From Paracoccus suum (lineage in GTDB: Bacteria > Pseudomonadota > Alphaproteobacteria > Rhodobacterales > Rhodobacteraceae), in assembly GCF_003324675.1 (NCBI RefSeq), contig NZ_CP030918.1, positions 2,640,001-2,672,000 of the forward strand: a stretch of DNA of 32,000 nt, given 5' to 3'. The notes below the pieces were generated by a model, which was not told where the DNA came from, searched no databases, and saw nothing but the letters and a program-made list of their open reading frames with translations. Positions 16,350 to 25,191 of the stretch are shown piece by piece. The translations under genes and the position numbers were made by a program. Positions within the stretch are counted from its first letter, which is position 1. Each line of letters begins with the position of its first letter.

Positions 16350-17255
16350 TTAGAAAATCTCGTGAAGTGCCACTTTATGCTCTGATTTCACTAGCATATC
16401 GACAAACGCCGTCACCTTGGCTGGCCGGAACCGCGCGGCGGGAAACACGGTGTGGATGCCCCCCGACCGCAGGCGCCAATCGGGCAGGACATACAGCAAC
16501 TCGCCGTTCGCCAGCAGAGGCGTGACCAGAAACTCCGGCAACACGGAAAGGCCGCCGCCCGCGCGAACGGCGGACAGCACGCCAAGCGTGGTGTCGATCA
16601 CGATACGGGCCGGCAGGAATACATCCTGCGGCGGATGATCGTCATGGGTGAACTGCCATGCGCGCGGCTTGCGCAGCGCCGCATTGGCGATGAAAGGCAC
16701 CGCGGGCAGATCTGCCGGTTCGCGGATCGCCGCGATCTGATCGGCCAGGCGGGCGCTGCCTACCAGGTACTGCCTGAAACTGCCGATCTTGCGCGCCTGC
16801 AGGCTGGAATCGTCCAGCCAACCGACCCGCAACGCCAGGTCAATCTGCCCTTCGATCAAGTCCAGCGTCCGGTCGCCCAGCACAAGCTCGACATTGCAGG
16901 CCGGATAGCGCGCGGTGAAGGCCGTGACCACTGGCACCACGCTAGCGATTCCGTAGTCGAACGGGGCCGTGATGCGCAGGGTGCCGCTGGGCGTTTCATG
17001 CTCGGCCGTGACTTCGGCATAGGCGTCCTCGGCCTCGCGCAGAATCTGGGTGCAGCGGATGTGGAAGGCCGCGCCGGCCTCGGTCGGCTGCACGCGGCGC
17101 GTGGTGCGGATCAACAGCGTCGTGCGAAGATCCTGCTCCAGCTGGGCGACCTGATGGCTGACAACGGCCTTGGTCACGCCCAACCGCACCGCTGCCTGTG
17201 TGAACGAGCCGGCATCCACGACGGCGGCAAAGTAGGCGAGGCGGTTCAGGTTCAT
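16350..17255 (-). CDS. LysR family transcriptional regulator
   Basis: MNLNRLAYFAAVVDAGSFTQAAVRLGVTKAVVSHQVAQLEQDLRTTLLIRTTRRV. It is divergent from the DsbA-like operon. Confidence 0.93.
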   Translation of the reverse strand: MNLNRLAYFAAVVDAGSFTQAAVRLGVTKAVVSHQVAQLEQDLRTTLLIRTTRRVQPTEAGAAFHIRCTQILREAEDAYAEVTAEHETPSGTLRITAPFDYGIASVVPVVTAFTARYPACNVELVLGDRTLDLIEGQIDLALRVGWLDDSSLQARKIGSFRQYLVGSARLADQIAAIREPADLPAVPFIANAALRKPRAWQFTHDDHPPQDVFLPARIVIDTTLGVLSAVRAGGGLSVLPEFLVTPLLANGELLYVLPDWRLRSGGIHTVFPAARFRPAKVTAFVDMLVKSEHKVALHEIF

Positions 17256-17262
17256 CGCAACC

Positions 17263-17287
17263 CACTGTCAACCTAGTACACACAGTG
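17263..17287. promoter_or_regulatory. Candidate LysR-type operator (interrupted dyad containing T-N11-A)
   Basis: CACTGT-N13-ACAGTG lies at 17263-17287 in the 97-nt divergent intergenic region, and T17268-N11-A17280 sits inside the dyad. A third half-site ACAGTG lies at 17321-17326. Confidence 0.35.
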
Positions 17288-17352
17288 CGTCCGGATCGTA
17301 TGTCTAATTCGATTGGGATGACAGTGTTATCTTCGGCGGAAAGGAGGCCGAG

Positions 17353-17997
17353 ATGACCCGGATCACCTATCTGTTCGACCCGCTGTGCGGCTGGTGCTAC
17401 GGCGCCTCCGCGACGATCAAGGCGCTGGGCGCCCAACCCGAACTGACGGTTGAATTGCTGCCGACAGGCCTGTTTTCCAACGCGTCCGCGCCGCTCATGA
17501 ACGACGATTTTGCCGCCTATGCCTGGGCGAACGACCGCCGCATCGCAAAACTGACTGGCCAGCCCTTCAGCGACACCTATCGCGACAAGGTGCTGACGGA
17601 TCAAGCCACGCGGTTCGATTCGGGTCCCGCGACGTTGGCGCTGACGGCTGTCGCGCTGACAGAACCCGCGCAGGAAATCGCGGCGCTTCGGGCGATCCAG
17701 ACCGCCCGCTACGTCGATGGCCGTGACATCACCGATAGCTCCGTGCTCGCACAAATCCTTGCGGACCTGCCTCTGGCCGAGGCGGCCGAGCGTCTGGCCG
17801 CCGCAGATCCCGAGCTGCTGACCGCAAATCGCGCGCGCATCTCTCGGGCAAAGGCCCTGATTGGCCGTCTCGGCGTGGATGGCGTTCCGGCGCTTGTCGT
17901 GAACGACGGACATGGTGAGCGCCTCATCCGCGGCGCGGGGATTTTCGCCAATCCGAACCTTGCCGCGAAATTGGCGGCCGCCCCCGCCGCAGTCTGA
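17353..17997 (+). CDS. DsbA-family thioredoxin-fold protein (FrnE/HCCA-isomerase-like)
   Basis: MTRITYLFDPLCGWCYGASATI with a CxxC (CGWC) active site. A strong Shine-Dalgarno AAGGAGG lies at 17341-17347. Confidence 0.85.
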   Translation: MTRITYLFDPLCGWCYGASATIKALGAQPELTVELLPTGLFSNASAPLMNDDFAAYAWANDRRIAKLTGQPFSDTYRDKVLTDQATRFDSGPATLALTAVALTEPAQEIAALRAIQTARYVDGRDITDSSVLAQILADLPLAEAAERLAAADPELLTANRARISRAKALIGRLGVDGVPALVVNDGHGERLIRGAGIFANPNLAAKLAAAPAAV

Positions 17998-18049
17998 GCG
18001 AAACACCCACAGCTGCCGCCCCAAGGCGGGCACAACCACGGAGAATGTC

Positions 18050-18940
18050 ATGATGACCCGCAGAACCGTAGTGACGACCACCCTGGCCGCCGGTGCCCTC
18101 GCCGCAACGACCGGACTAACCCGCGCCGCCACTCCCCTGACACTGACCCCGTTTCCCGCCGGCGAGAACGGATTTTTCCGCGCGCCCGTCCTTCTGTCCG
18201 GCGCGAGCGAGGCCGTTCTGATTGACGGCGGCTTTACCTTTCCCGACGGGGCTGCGGTCGCCGACGCGATCAGGCAGACCGGCCGCAAGCTGACCAGCAT
18301 CTACATCAGCCAGTCCGATCCTGACTATTACTTCAGCCTGAAACCGATCACCGAGGCCTTCCCCGAGGCGCGAGTCATCGCCGCATCCGAAACCCTGGCA
18401 GCGATCAACGGCAACATCGCGAAAAAGCTCGAAACCTGGGGTCCCCAGCTGAAGGAGAATGGACCGCAGTCGATGGCCGACATCATCCTGCCCGAGGCCT
18501 ATGACGCGGCCAGCCTGACGGTCGATGGCGAGGCGATCGAGATTGTCCCTGCCGAGGGCCTCGACAATCGCCGGTACCTCTATGTCCCGTCGCTGAACGC
18601 GGTTGTCGGTGGCGTTCTGGTGTTTGCGGGCGTCCACGTCTGGACCGCCGACACTCCCACCAAGGAGGCGCGCGCCGCCTGGATCGCCAATCTGGACAGC
18701 ATCGCGGCCCGCAAGCCCGCCATCGTCGTGGCCGGCCACATGACCCCCGAGGCCGCCACCGATCTGTCGGCGGTGGAGCACACCCGGGCCTACCTCGCGG
18801 CCTTCGAGGAAGAGCTGGCGCGGGCCGCCGACGCTGCCGCGCTGAAGGCCGCGATGGAGGAACGTTTCCCGGGTCTGGGGATGGGCGTCGCGCTCGACAT
18901 CGGCTCCAAGGTCGCCACCGGCGAAATGAAGTGGGGCTGA
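18050..18940 (+). CDS. Tat-exported MBL-fold protein with a degenerate metal-binding motif
   Basis: Trimmed to ATG 18050 (GGAGA at 18039-18043): MMTRRTVVTTTLAAGALAATTGLTRAA is a twin-arginine-type signal. The fold signature LIDGGF... is present, with YISQSDPDYYF in the position of the canonical HxHxDH motif. VVAGHMTP follows later. Confidence 0.75.
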   Translation: MMTRRTVVTTTLAAGALAATTGLTRAATPLTLTPFPAGENGFFRAPVLLSGASEAVLIDGGFTFPDGAAVADAIRQTGRKLTSIYISQSDPDYYFSLKPITEAFPEARVIAASETLAAINGNIAKKLETWGPQLKENGPQSMADIILPEAYDAASLTVDGEAIEIVPAEGLDNRRYLYVPSLNAVVGGVLVFAGVHVWTADTPTKEARAAWIANLDSIAARKPAIVVAGHMTPEAATDLSAVEHTRAYLAAFEEELARAADAAALKAAMEERFPGLGMGVALDIGSKVATGEMKWG

Positions 18941-18943
18941 CCA

Positions 18944-19342
18944 ATGGGGCAGAACCTTGATCTGATCCGCGCCACCTACAACGGCCCGCCCGAACAGAAC
19001 GGCCAGAACCTGATGGCCGCACTTGCCCCCGACGCTACCTGGACGGAGGCCGAGGGCTTTCCTTACGCGGGAACGTATGTCGGCCCCGATGCCATCATCG
19101 CAGGTGTGTTCAACCGCCTTGCGACCGAGTGGGTCGACTACAAGGCTGATGCGCAGACCTTTCTTGAGGACGGCGATCGGGTTGCGGTCTTCGGTGTCTA
19201 TTCCGGGATCTACAAGGCCACGGGCATCGCAATGCGTGCGCCTTTCGCCCATCTTTACCGGCTCGAGAACGGCAAGATCGCGAGCATGGTCCAGTATGTG
19301 GACACGCTGCTCGTCAGCCGTGCGCTCGGCGAGAGCGCCTAG
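18944..19342 (+). CDS. NTF2-like / SnoaL-like small protein
   Basis: 132 aa: MGQNLDLIRATYNG...WTEAEGFPYAGTYVGPDAII...YRLENGKIASMVQYVDT is typical of SnoaL/NTF2-fold proteins. It starts 3 nt after the upstream stop. Confidence 0.8.
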   Translation: MGQNLDLIRATYNGPPEQNGQNLMAALAPDATWTEAEGFPYAGTYVGPDAIIAGVFNRLATEWVDYKADAQTFLEDGDRVAVFGVYSGIYKATGIAMRAPFAHLYRLENGKIASMVQYVDTLLVSRALGESA

Positions 19343-19373
19343 CGGGGTCGTTTGCTGGCGATCTCATGCGAAT

Positions 19374-19407
19374 GGAGCCCGCGTTGCCGCGGGCTCCAGT
19401 TTTTTTT
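19374..19407 (+). terminator. Rho-independent terminator of the DsbA-like/MBL/NTF2 operon
   Basis: ggagcccgcg-ttgc-cgcgggctcc forms a perfect 10-bp GC-rich stem, followed by agTTTTTTTT. Confidence 0.85.
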
Positions 19408-19536
19408 GGAAGGTTGCGGATTTCGCCGCCTGGCGGAAACCAAAAGAGTCTCACGCACTGCTCAAAAGAATAGGCCGCCGCACTCTCGTTTCTTCTGCAG
19501 ACTGCGGACCGCCCGGGTATAATCCTGCCGCAGCGG

Positions 19537-19914
19537 TCACGGTTCGCTTGACCGGCGGCCGATCCGTCCCAAATGGGTCATGTTGAACGCCTCCGGAGAT
19601 TTCAGGCCGTAGCCAAGCATGCGATCGAACCCCGAGTGAGCGAGCCAAAGTGCGCCGAGCGCCGATAGCGTCGGGCTACCGAATGCTACGCCGGCCGCTA
19701 GCACGATCGAACCAAACGCAAAGACATGAACCAGGTTGTATAGCAGCGCGCCGACCTTCGGGCCCAGCGCGTAGGCTGCGAAGCTGATGTCGGGGGCAAG
19801 GAAAACGATGATGGCCAGCCACCAGACGATGCCGCCGCCCAGATACACGAACAAAACGAGCGCCGACAGAAAGACGAGCCCTCCTTCGATCCGCTGCCAA
19901 CTCACGGTATCCAT
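19537..19914 (-). CDS. DUF4260-like integral membrane protein
   Basis: 125 aa with multiple TM segments. APDISFAAYALGPKVGALLYNLVH and AHSGFDRMLGYGLKSPEAFNMTHLG fit my recollection of DUF4260. Confidence 0.75.
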   Translation of the reverse strand: MDTVSWQRIEGGLVFLSALVLFVYLGGGIVWWLAIIVFLAPDISFAAYALGPKVGALLYNLVHVFAFGSIVLAAGVAFGSPTLSALGALWLAHSGFDRMLGYGLKSPEAFNMTHLGRIGRRSSEP

Positions 19915-19930
19915 CTCTCACCCCCTCCCT

Positions 19931-19967
19931 CGCTGACTGGACGCACCAGACGGACTGTCTGGAAGTC
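19931..19967. promoter_or_regulatory. Nested inverted repeat upstream of the DUF4260-like gene (operator or 5'-UTR hairpin)
   Basis: ctgact-ggacgca-ccagac-ggact-gtctgg-a-agtcag: an inner 6-bp and an outer 6-bp perfect arm, 17 nt upstream of start codon 19914. Confidence 0.3.
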
Positions 19968-20200
19968 AGACTGCCCAGGTATCCTAACCCATGGAGAAGT
20001 TTGGATAAACCCTGGACATTCGCGCGGGCGGTCTTCTGGCTGATCGCATGTTGGCAGGAGGGACCGGGGCATTTACAGCAGGTTCGACCGGCTCTCTTCG
20101 GGCCGAAGGTCGGGGCCTCCGCCGCGCATCGGAAAGCCGCCCTCCGCTCAGCAAACGGGTGGGTGCGAAGTGACCAGGGGACCAGGACCCCCACCGCCAT

Positions 20201-21070
20201 TCACTCGAGCAGCCGCGCGAGGTAGAGCCCGTAATCGTTCTTGCCGAACTGCTCCGCACGCGCGCGCAGTTCGGCCGCGGTAATCCAGCCTTGATCGTAG
20301 GCGATCTCTTCGGGGCTGCCGGACTGCATGCCCTGGCGGTTTGCAAGCGTCCGCACGAAGTTGCCTGCATCCAGCAGACTGCCGTGCGTGCCGGTGTCGA
20401 GCCACGCAAAGCCGCGGCCCATGCGTTCGACCTTCAGCCTGCCCTCGTGGAGGTAGGTTTCCAGCAGCGTCGTGATCTCCAACTCGCCGCGGGCGGAGGG
20501 CGAGACCTTGCGGGCGCGACGGGGGGCGTCGGCATCGAGGAAATAAAGCCCGGTCACCGCGTAGTTGGTCGGCGGCACAGGTGGCTTTTCAATGATCTGC
20601 ACGGCCTGGCCCTGATCGTCGAAGGCGACCACCCCGTAACGCTCGGGGTCCGCGACGTGGTAGCCAAAGACCGTCGCCTCCTCGCGTCCGTCCGCGGCGG
20701 ACAGAAGTTCGGTCAGGCCGTGGCCGAAAAAGATGTTGTCACCCAGGACCATCGCGGAGGGCGAGCCGTCCAAAAAGCCCTCGGCCAAGATATAGGCTTG
20801 CGCCAGCCCGTCGGGACTGGGCTGCACGATCCAGGTCAGGCTGACGCCCCACTGGCTGCCGTCCCCCAGCAGGCGCTGGAACTGGGCCTGATCCTCGGGC
20901 GTGGTGATGACCGCAATCTCGCGGATGCCGGTCAACATCAGGACTGACAGCGGATAATAGATCATCGGCTTGTCATAGATTGGCAGCAACTGTTTGGAGA
21001 GGCCGAGCGTGATCGGGTAGAGCCGCGTGCCCGAGCCGCCGGCCAGAATGATGCCCTTGCGCCGGGTCAT
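20201..21070 (-). CDS. rfbA: Glucose-1-phosphate thymidylyltransferase
   Basis: Trimmed to ATG 21068-21070: [45 protein letters not shown]. The start overlaps the rfbD stop (ATGA). Confidence 0.96.
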   Translation of the reverse strand: MTRRKGIILAGGSGTRLYPITLGLSKQLLPIYDKPMIYYPLSVLMLTGIREIAVITTPEDQAQFQRLLGDGSQWGVSLTWIVQPSPDGLAQAYILAEGFLDGSPSAMVLGDNIFFGHGLTELLSAADGREEATVFGYHVADPERYGVVAFDDQGQAVQIIEKPPVPPTNYAVTGLYFLDADAPRRARKVSPSARGELEITTLLETYLHEGRLKVERMGRGFAWLDTGTHGSLLDAGNFVRTLANRQGMQSGSPEEIAYDQGWITAAELRARAEQFGKNDYGLYLARLLE

Positions 21071-21918
21071 GACGACAACTCCTCGATGACGCGGTCCAGC
21101 CCCTGCTGCCAATCGGGCCGTGCAATGCCAAAGTCGCGCAGGATGGCTGCACAGTCTAGGCGCGAGTTCGCGGGTCGTCTGGCTGGCGTCGGATAGCTGG
21201 AGGTTGGGATTTCGTCCACCTGCGCGGGCAGGCCCGAGCGGGCAAATATCTCGCGCGCGAAGCCGGCCCAACTGACGTCCGGGGCGCCGGCGAAATGATA
21301 GATGCCGCCCTTGGCCGGGTCCGCACGCATCGCCTCCACCATCGTCAGGATCGCGGCGGCGATGTCGGCCGCAGGCGTAGGGCCGCCAATCTGGTCTGCG
21401 ACGATGCTGAGGCGGTCCCGCTCGGCCCCCAGCCGCCGCATCGTCTTGACGAAGTTTTGCCCGTGGGCAGAGAAAACCCAACTGGTGCGCAGGATCGCCC
21501 ATTGGCCGCCAGCGGCCGTGACAGCGCGCTCTCCCGCCAGCTTTGTCCGGCCATAGACGCCCAGCGGGCGCGTGGGAGCGTTTTCGGCTCGCGGCGTGTC
21601 ACCTGTCCCGTCAAAGACATAATCGGTCGAAATATGAACGAAGGGGACGCCCAACTCGGCGCAGGCCACTGCCATCGCACCGGGTGCCTTAGCATTGATC
21701 GCCTGCGCGGCCTGGGGTTCGGATTCCGCGCGGTCCACCCCGGTATATGCGGCGGCGTTGATGACGGCGGCTGGCCGCGCGGCGCGGATCACCGCAGCAC
21801 AGGCGGCCGGGTCGGAAAGGTCGGCAGCTTCCCGTCCGACAAACCGGGCCTGTGGCGCGAGGCGCGCAAGCTCAGTCGCCACTTGCCCATTGCGGCCAAA
21901 GACCAGCAATTCGGTCAT
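21067..21918 (-). CDS. rfbD: dTDP-4-dehydrorhamnose reductase
   Basis: Trimmed to ATG 21916-21918: [20 protein letters not shown]..., the catalytic YGRTKLAGE (YxxxK), and STDYVFDG. It shares an ATGA overlap with the rfbB stop. Confidence 0.95.
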   Translation of the reverse strand: MTELLVFGRNGQVATELARLAPQARFVGREAADLSDPAACAAVIRAARPAAVINAAAYTGVDRAESEPQAAQAINAKAPGAMAVACAELGVPFVHISTDYVFDGTGDTPRAENAPTRPLGVYGRTKLAGERAVTAAGGQWAILRTSWVFSAHGQNFVKTMRRLGAERDRLSIVADQIGGPTPAADIAAAILTMVEAMRADPAKGGIYHFAGAPDVSWAGFAREIFARSGLPAQVDEIPTSSYPTPARRPANSRLDCAAILRDFGIARPDWQQGLDRVIEELSS

Positions 21919-23003
21919 GACACTTCCATCCCCCCGGAACTGTCGCCCGCACCAGCCAACATGCGCGGGCCCGTTCCCAATCGCGCGCCGAACTCGCCAC
22001 GGTCGAGCAGAGGCTGCCACCAGTCCCGGTTCGCCAGATACCAGGCGACGGTGCGGCGCAACCCCTCCTTCAAGGTGACCGAGGGCCGCCAGCCGAGTTC
22101 GGTGCGGATGCGCGCCGGATCGATCGCATAGCGGCGGTCGTGGCCCGGCCGGTCGGGCACGAATGTGATCAGTCGCTCATGGGGCGCGCCGTCCGGGCGC
22201 ACCCGGTCGAGATGTCTGCAGATCATGCGCACCAGATTGATATTCCGTGCCTCGTTCTCGCCGCCGATATTGTAACTGCGCCCAACCTGACCCTTTTCAA
22301 GGCACAGCAGCAGCGCGTCGGCGTGATCCTCGACATAGAGCCAGTCGCGGACGTTGCCACCGTCTCCATAGACCGGGATCGGTCGGCCGTGCAGGGCGCT
22401 GAGGATCGCCAGAGGCACCAGTTTCTCGGGGAAATGGAACGGCCCGTAGTTGTTCGAACAGTTCGTCAGCACGACTGGCAGACCATAGGTTTCGTGCCAG
22501 GCGCGGACCAGATGATCGCTCGCGGCCTTGGACGCGGAATAGGGGCTGCGCGGATCGTAGGGGGAGTCTTCGCTGAACTTGCCTGTCTCGCCGAGCGAGC
22601 CGAACACCTCGTCGGTCGAGATGTGGTGGAAGCGGAAAGCCTCCGGGCGGCCCTCGGCCGTCCAGTAGGCGCGCGCAGCCTCCAGCATGTTGTAGGTGCC
22701 GTTCACGTTCGTCTCGATAAAGACGCCCGGCCCGTCGATTGAGCGATCGACGTGGCTTTCGGCCGCCAGGTGCATCACCGCATCGGGGCGATGGGCGGCA
22801 AAGATGCGGCTCAGCGCCGGGCGGTCGAGGATGTTGGCGTGTTCAAAGGCGTAAAGCGGGCTGCCTGCTACCGATGCCACATTTTCGAGGTTCGCGGCAT
22901 AGGTCAGCGCGTCGAGGTTCACGACGCAGTGGCCGCGCGCGATGGCAAGCCGCGCCACCGCAGAGCCGATGAAGCCCGCGCCACCGGTGACGAGGATCTT
23001 CAT
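21915..23003 (-). CDS. rfbB: dTDP-glucose 4,6-dehydratase
   Basis: Trimmed to ATG 23001-23003: [16 protein letters not shown]..., the catalytic YSASKAA (YxxxK), and HISTDEVFG. It shares an ATGA overlap with the rfbC stop. Confidence 0.96.
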   Translation of the reverse strand: MKILVTGGAGFIGSAVARLAIARGHCVVNLDALTYAANLENVASVAGSPLYAFEHANILDRPALSRIFAAHRPDAVMHLAAESHVDRSIDGPGVFIETNVNGTYNMLEAARAYWTAEGRPEAFRFHHISTDEVFGSLGETGKFSEDSPYDPRSPYSASKAASDHLVRAWHETYGLPVVLTNCSNNYGPFHFPEKLVPLAILSALHGRPIPVYGDGGNVRDWLYVEDHADALLLCLEKGQVGRSYNIGGENEARNINLVRMICRHLDRVRPDGAPHERLITFVPDRPGHDRRYAIDPARIRTELGWRPSVTLKEGLRRTVAWYLANRDWWQPLLDRGEFGARLGTGPRMLAGAGDSSGGMEVS

Positions 23004-23563
23004 GGGCGGAACTCGAAAGGCGAGGACCAATCGGCGAAGGCCGGTGCTGCGGCGTCCTTGTCAGAGAGGATCGGCGTCGTGATCCCCCAATCGATGCCGA
23101 GACTGTTCCAGCGCACGGCTCCATCGGCCTGCCGGTCGTAATAGCCGGTGCATTTGTAGACCACCTCGGTGTCGTCCTGCAGCGTGACGAAGCCATGCAG
23201 GAAACCCGGCGGCACCCACAACTGGCGCCCGTTGTCGAACGACAACTCGGTGCCAAACCATTGGCCGTAGCTTGGACTGCCCCGCCGCGCATCGACTGCA
23301 ACGTCATAAAGCGCACCGCGCCCGCAGCGGACCAGCTTGCCCTGTTCGTGCGGAGGCGCCTGATAGTGCAGGCCGCGCAACGTGCCGGCCTTTGCGGACG
23401 TCGAGTGATTGTCCTGCACGAACTCCGGCAGCGCGACGCCCGCCTCCTCAAGCGTGCGCCGGTTCCAGCTTTCCGAGAAAAAGCCGCGGTGATCGCCGAA
23501 CCGCGCCGGGGTCAGTACCAGAACCCCCGAAAGGGCGGTTTCCTCGATCTGCATGCCCGTCAT
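23000..23563 (-). CDS. rfbC: dTDP-4-dehydrorhamnose 3,5-epimerase
   Basis: [33 protein letters not shown]...LRGLHYQ...PPGFLHGF (cupin). The start is either ATG 23561-23563 or ATG 23552-23554. The rest of ORF 23000..24439 is a spurious extension over chrA. Confidence 0.93.
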   Translation of the reverse strand: MTGMQIEETALSGVLVLTPARFGDHRGFFSESWNRRTLEEAGVALPEFVQDNHSTSAKAGTLRGLHYQAPPHEQGKLVRCGRGALYDVAVDARRGSPSYGQWFGTELSFDNGRQLWVPPGFLHGFVTLQDDTEVVYKCTGYYDRQADGAVRWNSLGIDWGITTPILSDKDAAAPAFADWSSPFEFRP

Positions 23564-23658
23564 CCCCTCGCGCGGCCGGTCGGCGGTGCGTCCCGCCGAC
23601 CAGAGTGTATCCACGAACCGCGCCCGGGTCGCAATTCGCTTGGGCTCGGGATACCCGG

Positions 23659-24861
23659 CTAGCCAGTAAGCGCCAGACCGATCCCGCCAAGCGCAGCAAT
23701 GACGACAACCGCCCAAGGCGCCAGCTTCCATGCGACGAGCAGCACAAAGCAGACGAGTGCGAGCGCGAAGTCGCGCATCCCGCCGATGGCGCTGGTAAAG
23801 ACCGGCGTGTAAAGTGCGGCACCGAGGATGCCGACGACGGCGGCGTTCGCGCCCTGCATCAGGGACCGCGCCGGGGTCATCGCCCTGAACCGGTCCCAGA
23901 AGGGCAGAACGCCGATCAGGATCAGAAAGCCAGGTAGGAAGACCGCGGCCAATGCAAGTGCACCGCCCACCACCCCGTTCGGCGCGGGGCCGCGGACCGA
24001 GCCGAGATAAGCCGCGAAGGTGAACAGCGGCCCGGGCACCGCCTGCGCCGCGCCGTAGCCGGCGAGGAACTGGCCCGGCGTAACCCAGCCCGGCTGCACC
24101 ACCTCGGCCTGCAGCAAGGGCAGCACCACATGCCCGCCGCCAAACACCAGGGCGCCGGCGCGGTAAAAGCTGTCGATCAGGTCGAGCGCCGGCGCCTTGT
24201 CGGCCACCAGCGGCAGCAGGGTCAGTAAAGCGAAAAAGGCGAGGAGCGCGGCAAGCCCCTGCCCGCGCGATACCGGCATCGTCACATGGCCCCCCACAGG
24301 GGCCGCCTCGCCACGCCCCAGCGTCAGCCCCGCGAGCGCACCGAGCAGAATTGCGCAGACCATCCCCAAAGGTCCGGGCGCGAAGGCCAGAACAACCACA
24401 GCACCCGCTGCGATGGCGGCGCGCTCGCGGTCCGGGCACAGGGTTCGCGCCATGCCGAGGACGGCCTGGGCGACAATCGCCACGGCGACGATCTTGAGCC
24501 CCTCAAGGGCTCCCGCACCGATGGGTCCCGTGAAGGACGCCGCAGTCATCGCGAACAGCAGCAGCGCCAGGGCCGAGGGCAGCGTGAATGCTGTGAATGC
24601 CGCGAGAGCCCCCAGCCAGCCCGCGCGCATCATCCCGAGGGCGAAGCCGACCTGGCTGGACGCCGGTCCGGGCAGGAACTGGCAGAGCGTGACCAGATCC
24701 ACATAGGCATGATCGCTGAGCCAGCGGCGGCGGGTGACGATCTCGTCGCGGAAATAGCCGAGATGCGCGATCGGCCCGCCGAACGAGGTCAGTCCGAGCT
24801 TGAGGAAGGTCGCAAAGACTTCGCCCGGCGTGCCTTTTTCCGCTCCGGTTTCCGTGTCCAT
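23659..24861 (-). CDS. chrA: Chromate ion transporter (CHR family, two-domain long form)
   Basis: Trimmed to ATG 24859-24861: MDTETGAEKGTPGEVFATFLKLGLTSFGGPIAHLGYFRDEIV..., with a second CHR half containing ALVFGGGHVVLPLLQ. About 400 aa and multi-TM. Confidence 0.9.
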   Translation of the reverse strand: MDTETGAEKGTPGEVFATFLKLGLTSFGGPIAHLGYFRDEIVTRRRWLSDHAYVDLVTLCQFLPGPASSQVGFALGMMRAGWLGALAAFTAFTLPSALALLLFAMTAASFTGPIGAGALEGLKIVAVAIVAQAVLGMARTLCPDRERAAIAAGAVVVLAFAPGPLGMVCAILLGALAGLTLGRGEAAPVGGHVTMPVSRGQGLAALLAFFALLTLLPLVADKAPALDLIDSFYRAGALVFGGGHVVLPLLQAEVVQPGWVTPGQFLAGYGAAQAVPGPLFTFAAYLGSVRGPAPNGVVGGALALAAVFLPGFLILIGVLPFWDRFRAMTPARSLMQGANAAVVGILGAALYTPVFTSAIGGMRDFALALVCFVLLVAWKLAPWAVVVIAALGGIGLALTG

Positions 24862-25191
24862 CGCCCTGCCCTGCCCTTGCCCGCCAGCAATCTGCCCGCT
24901 GGTCCGCCCCTCTTTACTCGCTGGCGTGTAAATCCTGCGCAACCGTGTCCGGCGCAATCGGCGAAATTCGCTGGCGAACCCATTGATCTGCTTCGGCTTC
25001 CAGATGATGCGAGTGGCGGGCCTCATTGACCCTCCGCCGAGGATGGCCGACATGATCTCTCGTAGTGCCGGAAGCTGCCCGGGGTGCGCGCCAGCTCATC
25101 TGGGTTGCCGTGTTGATACTCGGCGCCCGTGGGGCCCGGTCACGAACAGAGGTTCCGGGCGCCATGCCCATGTCTAACTGCAGGAAGACCC

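Noticed and set aside
16996-18300. 434-aa minus-strand ORF
   Set aside because: It is antisense to the DsbA-like and MBL-fold genes and overlaps the LysR 5' end. It is Arg/Gly-rich and has no motifs.
23564-24439. Long N-terminal extension of the rfbC ORF (track 23000..24439), and likewise rfbA (to 21502), rfbD (to 22020) and rfbB (to 23030)
   Set aside because: The conserved enzyme N-termini start at internal ATGs that each form an ATGA overlap with the preceding stop. The extensions overlap bona fide upstream genes, including chrA, and are Arg/Pro/Gly-rich noise.
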